From: Selaginella moellendorffii
Lineage: Eukaryota > Plantae > Lycopodiophyta
Assembly: GCF_000143415.4 (NCBI RefSeq)
Contig: NW_003314682.1
Coordinates: 1-6,660, forward strand
Direction: 5' to 3'
DNA: 6,660 nt
Positions 1 through 6,660 of the stretch are shown here, in pieces (the stretch's first letter is position 1; the number at the start of each line of letters is the position of its first letter). The notes under the pieces are model-generated. The model worked only from the letters and a program-made list of their open reading frames with translations, made no database searches and was not told the origin of the DNA. The position numbers were made by a program, and so were the translations under genes.

Positions 1-1261
1 TATAAGGTTCTTAACCCTAGTTGCCCATGCAACTCCATCAGCTGGCAAAGGCATATTCTCCAGGACATGCTCGGCCTCTTCCAATCGCCCTAGCCGTCCT
101 AGAGCATCAACAATGCAGGTGTAGTGGTCTTGCGAAGGGTCCAATCCATTGTCAAAGCTCATTGCCGTGAAGTAGCTTACTGCTTCCTTGACGAGCCCCG
201 GATGGCTACACGCCGTCAAAACGAGGGCAAACGCTGCCTTGTCGGGATCAAAGCCGTGAAGAAACATCGCCCAAAATAGCTGGATCGCAGAATACGCATG
301 GCCGGTCTGGGCATATGCTGCTAGCATCGTGTTCCAGGAGACCAAATTCCAAGTTGGTATTCTATCAAACGTCTTCTTTGCCTCACAAATATTTGCATCT
401 AAAGCGTATGCCACGAGAATTGTGTTCCATAAATAGGAATCCCAGCAGCAACACAAAGAACCCTCGTATAGCGTCTTTGAAACGACCTCTCTGGGCATAA
501 ACAGCGATTATCGAGTTCCATGAAACAAGATCTCTGTGTGGCATTGCTTCAAACAATTGTTTTCCTTGATCAGCGTCGCCTTTTTGTGCGTATGACTTGA
601 TCATAATCGTCCACAAAAGTATGCTGTGCTGAGGCATCCTATCAAACAAACTCTTGGCTTGAATCAAATCCCCATTTTGGGCATAGCAGCAGTGCATCGC
701 CCCCCAGAGGATCGCGTTTCGGTGGACAATCTCCTGGAAGACATCCTCCGCCTCCTCCACGAATCCATTCTCCGCAAACATGACGAGCATCACCGCGCGA
801 GTGATGCTGTTCTTCTCGGGCATGGAATCAAACGCGGCCTTCGCATCGCCCACTCGCCCGTGCTGCGCGAAACCCTGCACGAGGATCGTCCACGCTACCA
901 CATTCGTCTCGGGCATCCGATCCAGCACTTCTCTCGCTCGCCCAATCTCTCCGCCGCGAGCAAATCCCCGCAGCAGCATCGCCCACGTCTTGCAGTTCCT
1001 CTTGGGCATCGCATCAAACACCGCCTTGCTCGATCCAATCCGCCCGCAATCGCCCAGCGCCTTGACCATCGCAGTGGAGGAAACTACGTCCTGCACCGCC
1101 ATTCGATCAAATGCTGCCTTGGCCTCGCCCGGATGCCCACTCTCGGCATACGCGCTCACGAGCGCCGTCCACAACGCGATGTTCTTGGCCGGCAATGCAT
1201 CAAAGATCCTTCTCGATTCCTCCAAATGCCCACACCACGCGTAGAGAACCAGCGTTTCCAT
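1..1261 (-). pseudogene. PLS-class pentatricopeptide repeat (PPR) gene, SS-motif rich, with P2-L2-S2-(E1) C-terminal block; frameshifted (or sequencing error); 3' end at or beyond the window edge
   Basis: ORF 383..1261(-) consists of tandem 31-aa repeats (e.g. WTALVSAYAESGHPGEAKAAFDRMAVQDVVS, WTILVQGFAQHGRVGDAKAAFDSMPEKNSIT). Manual translation of a shifted frame from 447 to 19 continues it: CWDSYL-WNTILVAYALDANICEAKKTFDRIPTWNLVS-WNTMLAAYAQTGHAYSAIQLFWAMFLHGFDPDKAA (35 aa, P2)-FALVLTACSHPGLVKEAVSYFTAMSFDNGLDPSQDH (36 aa, L2)-YTCIVDALGRLGRLEEAEHVLENMPLPADGVA (S2)-WAT. Start codon is uncertain. Confidence 0.93.
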
Positions 1262-1458
1262 ACATAATATCTATGCTGATGACTTATGATTAGTAAACAG
1301 AAGTACAAGAGACTTGCTATAATGAAACTTCAAACAATTAAACACTGAATAGAGGAAATTGCTAAGCCAAAGTCCACCAAGATCATCACATTTATACTAT
1401 TTACGACTCCAGCAAAAACAAACATAAACTACTCATCCTCCATTAATTCTATATTGCA

Positions 1459-1813
1459 TGTTATGAAAGAGAGTGGAGGAGAGAGAATAGGAGGACTTTT
1501 GTTATTTGTTGGTGATAGAGAAGAAGCACAAGAAATAGAACTCCTATTATCCATAAATGTCGAAAGAGAATAAGAATATTTTTTATCATATTATTGACAT
1601 TTGGCACAAGTTCCAATGTTATGTCCCCATCCATGACATTCTTCACATCATGAACAACAATTGTGTTATGACACAGCACAAAAAGTCAATGATTTAGTCT
1701 TCCTAAACTAAATTATGCTTCTTTTTAAAGTTCCTCACCCTGAGCTACCTCCATAAACCCTTGAGCCTCCCTTTAACTAATATTGACCATGTGGTTAAAG
1801 TTTGCATTTAACA
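1459..1813 (-). repeat. 3' long terminal repeat (~355 bp)
   Basis: On the minus strand it starts TGTTAAATG (1813) directly after the PPT and ends CTCTCTTTCATAACA (1459), giving 5-bp terminal inverted repeats TGTTA...TAACA. The 1813 boundary is strong. The 1459 boundary is less sure because other TGTTA motifs occur at ~1500, ~1617 and ~1664 and there is no partner LTR to compare. Confidence 0.75.
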
Positions 1814-1814
1814 A

Positions 1815-1825
1815 TTCTTCCCCCC
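1815..1825 (-). other. Polypurine tract (PPT)
   Basis: Minus strand GGGGGGAAGAA, followed by T and then TGTTA (LTR start), downstream of the integrase. Confidence 0.88.
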
Positions 1826-1962
1826 AAACAAAGTCTTTGTCCCAAGGACAAATTGTACTAGTGATTACATTTTCTAAGGAACCCTGCTCAAGCTCTTGAT
1901 CCATATTTTATAGTCATATACATTAAGGAAGCATTGGGCCCATCACTCCAAGATAGTATACT

Positions 1963-3035
1963 TTTCAATTGGCTAACATAAAATACTAAATGAATTTTCT
2001 TAAAAAGTTTATCACTCTTCCCATTCCACAAAGGCACTAAAGTGTTTCACTGCTCACTTGACGGAAAAATCACTCATACAAAGACGAGATCACCCATCTT
2101 ATATTCCCGGAATTAGCGATATTCATTAGCAAACTTCTCTGCTTTAAACTGAGCTACTTACAAATTCCATTTGCACACCACCAGAATCTCATCAAATTCC
2201 GTGGCCAGATTAGTCGCCTCTGAATGAAACTTTTCTTGAACATCCTTACTTAAATGCAATTCCAACTCCACTGTTGTTTGAGAATGCCTTCCAAACATGG
2301 CAAAGTAAGGACTTAGTTTGGTTCCACTGTGTTAGTTATTGTTGTAAGTAAATTGCACCAATGAAAGATATAGATCCCACTGTCCTTGCCTTTGACTAAT
2401 GCTATAGCATAGCATATTGTCCACCACCTGATTCACACGCTCGGTTTGCCCATCTGTTTGAGGATGATCTCCACTCAAGAGTTTCAAAGTCACTTGCATA
2501 GCCTTTGTAAAGCTCTTCCAAAATCCACTAGTGAACTTTGAATCTCGATTGTTAACGATGTCCTCTGGCAAACCAAAATCAGGAAAAACCTTCTCTAAGT
2601 AAACTGCAGCCAAGTCTAAGGCAGTGACACTCTTTCGAAGAGTCAACAACCGCACATATTTCGTCAAACGATCCATTATGACCCATATTTGCTCTTTTTG
2701 CCTCTATGTTCGTGGCAAACAAGTGATGAAGTCCATAGAGATATTACACCAATGGCTCTGAGGAATAGGTAAAGGTTGCAAAAGTCCCCCGACTTCTCCC
2801 GTCGCACCTTTACCCGCTGACAGAGCTCACATGACTTATAGTACTCAAGGATATCAGCTTTCATATTCCTCCAATAGAAATTGTGCTTAATCAACTCATA
2901 TATCTTCTTCCCCCCAAAATGACCAGTCACTGGACGATCATGATAGTGGAATAAAACCTAAGTAATTAACACATCCACCTGTGGCAAATATATATAGCCA
3001 TTGTAGTAAAGAATCCCATCCACTAATGAAAAAGG
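1963..3035 (-). pseudogene. Retrotransposon integrase remnant (HHCC zinc-binding domain, DDE core, partly deleted C-terminal GPY/F region)
   Basis: FSLVDGILYYNG..HYHDRPVTGHFGGKK..CELCQRVK (HHCC); ISMDFIT; MDRLTKY; DIVNNRDSKFTSGFW; HPQTDGQTERVNQ; SPYFAMFGR; YKMGDLVFV; KIHLVFYVSQLK. Several stops and a frameshift. Confidence 0.95.
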
Positions 3036-3159
3036 TGCTTCTATTTGAGCTGGCAACGAGACCACCTCAGCATCGTGAGCCTGAGCACAGTCGAAGGTAA
3101 CTGCCCAGACTCGCTAACCACTTTATTCAAGTGATGACAAAACTGTGTTTGTAACACCA

Positions 3160-3520
3160 TCACATGCAAACACGAGATAAAGCATTCGCCACCACATTCA
3201 ATTTTCCCGAACAATGCTCAATCCCAAGCTCCCTAAATTCCATATGTTTACAAGCTTGTCTAATGTTCAACTCCTTCTGTGTGAAAAGATATACAAAGAG
3301 TTTGTGATCCGTCAACACCATGAACATTGCACCATAAAGATAGTGTTGCCACGTTCGTAAAACATGAACAATGGAGAGTAACTCTTGCTCATATATGGAA
3401 TAGCGTTGCTCCACGGGATTCAAAGTTCAACTCTCATATGCAATAAGCTGTCCCTTTTGCATGAGAACTCTTCCCAATGCATAACCACTCGCATCACATA
3501 TCACCTCATAAAGCTTTGAT
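3160..3520 (-). pseudogene. Ty3/Gypsy RNase H remnant
   Basis: EVICDASGYALGRVLMQKGQLIAYES*TLNPVEQRYSIYEQELLSIVHVLRTWQHYLYG..VLTDHK..GKLNVVANALSR. Confidence 0.95.
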
Positions 3521-4034
3521 GGATCAACAATGTGAAGCATTGGAACATCGCTTAACAACCGTTTCAATGTCACAAAACTATCCTCATGTGGTTTTTTCCA
3601 CTTGAATAGCACATTCTTGTACAACAATCGTGCCAAAGGAATAACCACCTCTACAAACTTATATTGAAAATGTCAATAGTAACTAGCCATACCAAGGAAA
3701 CTACGTAACTTAGCCACTAAAGTTGGTGTAAGTTAATTCTCCACCACAGCCACCTTCCTTGGACCCATCTTGACCCACTTTCTTTGGATGTCATAATATG
3801 GCTTAGATATTCCACCTCCAACTTTGCAAACTCACATTTGCTCTTCTTCACATAAAGTTTGTTGTTATAGAGTAACAAAAGAACCTTGTGCAAATGCACT
3901 TTATGCTGAAATGGACATTGGTAAATTGGCTGCGTCCCTGGCTCTAACATAATCCCATGCTCCACACCTCGTAATGGAGGCAATCCATGAGGAATTTTAG
4001 AGGGAAAAACATCAAAGAACTCTTTGAGTATAGT
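3521..4034 (-). pseudogene. Reverse transcriptase remnant with catalytic core (YxDD) deleted
   Basis: ILKEFFDVFPSKIPHGLPPLRGVEHGIMLEPGTQPIYQCPF joins directly to QHKVHLHKVLLLLYNNKLYVKKSKCEFAKLEVEYLSHI. The thumb/connection region follows (LRSFLG-like; PLARLLYKNVLFKW). Confidence 0.92.
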
Positions 4035-4229
4035 CTACACTACTGTCTTTCCTCTACATGTGGCTTGGTCCCCCAAGTCATGAACAAATAATAAGTAATT
4101 CAAAAGTGCTTTTCCATTATAACAAGCCCGCTTCAAAGATGTAGCAGAGAGCATAAAAACTGGAGGTTGAACTCCCTCTCCAAACCATATATCGTTAATA
4201 CCACCGTACTCCAACAAAACATGCTTAAT

Positions 4230-4571
4230 ACTCCACTTTATCTCCGGATCCACCTTTACCAATTATGACATTCCAAGAATGAGATCCACACGATGAAGAT
4301 TTGTGAGATAAAAAGTCTCCACAAGTGTGGTTTTGCCAACCAACACTTTCAGCCTTTCTACACAAATATTGAAATGCCAAGTAAAAGTAATTGCACCTTC
4401 TACCATATATGGAAGAATGTCTTGTGTCACCAGGCCATGCTCCTCAACAAACTTTGTGGAAACAAAGTTGTTATCATTTCCACTGTCCAATAAAATCCAC
4501 ACTGAACTGCCACGGAACACACCCTCTAGCAAGCTGATGCACAAGTGTCCTTGACCTTCATCTTGTTCCAT
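4230..4571 (-). pseudogene. Retroviral-type aspartic protease remnant
   Basis: VWILLDSGNDNNFVS (LLDSGA..NF motif) and VDLILGMS*L (DxILGMPWL with W mutated to stop). Confidence 0.9.
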
Positions 4572-4728
4572 ACACAGTTAAGTTGATGAGCAGCAATCAA
4601 AAGCCTCTTCCTCCAACCAGAATGGTCGTCTTCATCATCCTTGCGTTGCAAAGTTTGCAACTTCTTAGTATCTGACTTACCGTTAGTAGAAGATTGACCA
4701 TTCTTGTTGCCATGTTATTTGCTCTTCA

Positions 4729-5463
4729 CTATGGACAATCAGCCTTGTAGTGTCCTAGCTCGTGGCAATGATGACAACCTTGTCTATAATTCTTCATAAA
4801 GAATTTCTACTTTGTTGACCCCTGTGTATCTGAAGTAGCCATCATAGACTTTAGCTTGTGACATTTATTCCCATCCTTGTGTCCACAACAATCATCACGA
4901 CAATTTTCAACAGAAAGATTCCTTGAACGCTTGTGAGACTTATACTTGTCATTGTCAAGTCGATGAGCAGCATCAAACAGCTCCTCCAAACTCTTTGTAC
5001 ATTGAGAATGACGCAAGTGTTGCCGCATACTCTCACTATGACACCCATCAATGAAGTAGGACTTGTTCTGATTTTGATCCTTCACTGGAACACAACTAAT
5101 CAAGCGAGTTAACTTCTCAATATAGTCCCCAATCTTCATTTTCCCTTGCTGAAAATGTCGAAGTTCGGTGTGAGCATTCTCCATGTCATAGTGAGGAGCA
5201 AAACGTAAATGGAAAGCAACCTCAAACTCATCCATTGTAAACATTAATGGTTTCTTATTCGCAACACAAGACTCCTCAAGCTAATTCCACCACCGAAGAC
5301 TTACATTATGCAAAACCATTGAAATAGCCACTAAAGCCTCTGTATCCAGAATTCCTTTAATAGCCAAAAACTTCTTCACATTAGCTAGCCAAGCTAAACA
5401 CTCATCCACACCACCATCACCAGAAAAGGTTGGAATCTTGAGTCGATCCAACCTTTTCTTCAT
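4729..5463 (-). pseudogene. Gag remnant with CX2CX4HX4C zinc knuckle (4735..4776)
   Basis: LKIPTFSGD..WL..ALVAISMVLHNVSLRWWN*..DEFEVAFHLRF..ELRHFQQGKMKIGDYIEK (retrotransposon gag pattern), with the same-frame knuckle CHHCHELGHYKADC. Confidence 0.92.
5422..5459. repeat. Perfect 13-bp inverted repeat with 12-nt spacer at the retrotransposon/SEC16 junction
   Basis: AGAAAAGGTTGGA (5422-5434), spacer ATCTTGAGTCGA, then TCCAACCTTTTCT (5447-5459). Confidence 0.9.
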
Positions 5464-5594
5464 CAGTGAATGGAAGTGTACGAATTTGCAAGAGTGATTG
5501 GCAATTCCCAGTTTATTTTACTTCCTTTTCAGCCATACAAGCTTATTTATGCGTTGATGCTTGCTGAAGCTGGAAAGATAAATGAAGCTTTAAG

Positions 5595-5648
5595 GTTGGT
5601 AGTGATTTTTAACCGTATGCTTCGTTAACACAAGGTTTCTCTTTGAAG
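5595..5648 (+). other. GT-AG intron (54 bp, phase 2) of SEC16
   Basis: AG|GTTGGT...CTTTGAAG|G; removal restores EALR-YCQAV. Confidence 0.85.
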
Positions 5649-5754
5649 GTATTGCCAAGCAGTGTTGAAAACGTTGAAAACAGCGGGCCATGCAGCTGAT
5701 GTGTGCAAAGAAGCGGCTGTAGCCTTGGAAGAGCGTCTTCATATCCACTCTCAG

Positions 5755-5802
5755 GTTTGTAAGTGGACACTCAGCTTTTATACTCACTTTCCTGTTATCC
5801 AG
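5755..5802 (+). other. GT-AG intron (48 bp, phase 0) of SEC16
   Basis: CAG|GTTTGT...CTCAC...TTATCCAG|GGA; removal restores HSQ-GG. Confidence 0.8.
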
Positions 5803-6032
5803 GGAGGCTCTGACGTGAATTGTGCAATGGTTTTTTGGCAATATTGGTCTACACAAGATGATAGGCCCGTTGCCCCCGAAAGCTTCTGATAATGCTGATA
5901 TTAATAACTGTCCCGCAACAGCTTCTAGCAGAAGCAGTGTATCACTTGCTTCGTCAGCATCAATGGAACCCATAAGTGATAATACGAGAAGATCCAACAT
6001 GCATTTCTGAGATTGACTTTAGGCCTGCACAG

Positions 6033-6086
6033 GGAACTTGACTTGCTCTTGTGTACCTTTGATTAAGACTTGTATTCTTTCATCAG
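6033..6086 (+). other. Probable 54-bp intron with mutated donor (GG instead of GT)
   Basis: CAG|GGAACT...TTCTTTCATCAG|ATC. Read-through hits TGA, and the length matches neighbouring introns. Confidence 0.55.
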
Positions 6087-6179
6087 ATCATTAGTCCAGC
6101 GAAAGGAACGCCAAACAGAGGCGTCTTTACTTCTTTCGTGCAAAGAGTGATGGGCTTCATAAAAACACCTTCGAAGGAG

Positions 6180-6236
6180 GTTTGTAGAAGCTTTGGAAAG
6201 AGCGCTAGCTGATTGATGGTCGGGTATGTGATGCAG
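6180..6236 (+). other. GT-AG intron (57 bp, phase 0) of SEC16
   Basis: GAG|GTTTGT...GATGCAG|GCA; removal restores SKE-AKPGDSNKF. Confidence 0.82.
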
Positions 6237-6517
6237 GCAAAGCCTGGCGACAGCAACAAGTTTAGATACGACGAGACACTGAAGCGCTGGGTTGAAGAAG
6301 GAGCCGAGGCACAAGCACCAGACCTTCCATTGGCTCCTCCTCCCATGGCAAACAAGCTCGTCTCGCGCGTGGAGGAGAACGGCACTCTTATTTCCATGTC
6401 TCCCGAGAGACCAGAGCCAACTCCAGAAAGGCCGCAACCGGTTGTGAGTGGAATCCGACCAATGCCTCCAAGCAGTAACCAGTACGCAGCTTGCGCACGT
6501 CAAAACGTTAGATCAAG

Positions 6518-6566
6518 GTACCGTTTTGGTCATTCCCAGCACTCTAATCTCATGAGGTTTTTGCAG
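6518..6566 (+). other. GT-AG intron (49 bp, phase 2) of SEC16
   Basis: AG|GTACCG...CTAAT...TTTTTGCAG|A; removal restores VRSR-YVDTF. Confidence 0.88.
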
Positions 6567-6660
6567 ATATGTCGATACATTCAAACACTCTGTCGGTATC
6601 GCATGTTTGCGCAAGCACCCCGCTGCAGCTGCCGTCGTGGCGAAGGTCCTTGTATCTTCT

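Larger units (their letters stand above)
1459..5463 (-). mobile_element. Degenerate, 5'-truncated Ty3/Gypsy LTR retrotransposon (gag-PR-RT-RNaseH-INT-PPT-3'LTR)
   Basis: Minus-strand domain order gag, protease, RT, RNase H, integrase is the Ty3/Gypsy order. There are many in-frame stops, frameshifts and deletions. PPT and a TG...CA LTR are present at the 3' end; no second LTR or PBS is seen upstream of gag. Confidence 0.96.
5467..6660 (+). pseudogene. SEC16: SEC16 (plant MAG5/RGPR-related COPII scaffold, ER exit sites), 3' half only, spliced; exons ~5467-5594, 5649-5754, 5803-6032, 6087-6179, 6237-6517, 6567->6660
   Basis: Spliced translation gives *MEVYEFARVIGNSQFILLPFQPYKLIYALMLAEAGKINEALR|YCQAVLKTLK..ALEERLHIHSQ|GG..SSASMEPIS..ISEIDF..|FVQRVMGF..KE|AKPGDSNKFRYDETLKRWVEEGAE..LAPPP..SGIRPMPPSSNQYAACARQNVRSR|YVDTF. 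This matches the plant SEC16 motifs I recall: GNSQFxLLPFQPYKxIYAxMLAE, YCQAVLK, SASMEPISEW, AKLGxxNxFYYDxxLKRWVEEG, VRSRYVDTF. Exon phases are consistent. Confidence 0.92.

Noticed and set aside
12-20. TAACCCTAG telomere- or telo-box-like motif
   Set aside because: Single imperfect unit with no array.
626-1293. Plus-strand ORFs 626..1267, 780..1244, 1111..1293 (also 315..500)
   Set aside because: Antisense shadows of the GC-rich PPR coding sequence. Their periodicity mirrors the 93-bp PPR repeat and they show no independent protein features.
1461-1679. 72-aa hydrophobic minus-strand ORF (possible env-like or membrane peptide)
   Set aside because: It lies within the LTR, has a non-ATG start, and its hydrophobicity follows from T-rich sequence.
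1826-1962. Chromodomain at the integrase C-terminus
   Set aside because: No recognisable YLVKW/TWE motif in any frame, so chromovirus status cannot be asserted.
4560-4735. Programmed gag-pol frameshift
   Set aside because: The frame does change here, but the element has many random indels and stops and I see no clear slippery site.
4293-5051. ORFs 4293..4493(+), 4327..4554(+), 4851..5051(-)
   Set aside because: Alternative-frame or antisense by-products of protease and gag.
5464-5830. 5' LTR, PBS and target-site duplication
   Set aside because: No match to 1459-1813 and no TGG-type PBS; the sequence is explained by SEC16 exons and introns.
5590-6503. Minus-strand ORFs 5590..6000, 6063..6503, 6083..6397
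   Set aside because: Antisense to SEC16 exons with no recognisable motifs.
1-6660. A functional PPR + RT + SEC16 'system', or a prokaryotic retron/CRISPR-like locus
   Set aside because: All three components are damaged, the RT lacks YxDD, and there is no repeat-spacer array. The adjacency is best explained by insertion and rearrangement in a plant genome.

Overview
Eukaryotic land-plant nuclear DNA. The 48-57 bp introns and the PPR gene built from tandem 31-aa SS motifs suggest a lycophyte such as Selaginella (inference only). Three damaged units sit side by side. (1) A minus-strand PLS-class PPR gene (1..1261; about 10 S/SS motifs, then P2-L2-S2 and the start of E1, the RNA-editing-factor type) has a frameshift at ~448 and loses E1 similarity at ~18. 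(2) A decayed minus-strand Ty3/Gypsy LTR retrotransposon (1459..~5460) keeps a 355-bp 3' LTR, PPT, integrase, RNase H, an RT with its catalytic core deleted, protease and gag with a CCHC knuckle; the 5' LTR and PBS are absent. (3) The 3' half of a plus-strand, intron-containing SEC16 (MAG5/RGPR-related) gene (5467..>6660) is mostly missed by the ORF track and is pseudogenised. I see no convincing novel biological system. The most unusual details are an exact 14-nt copy of the PPT region inside the integrase gene (candidate internal PPT) and a perfect 13-bp inverted repeat at the gag/SEC16 junction.
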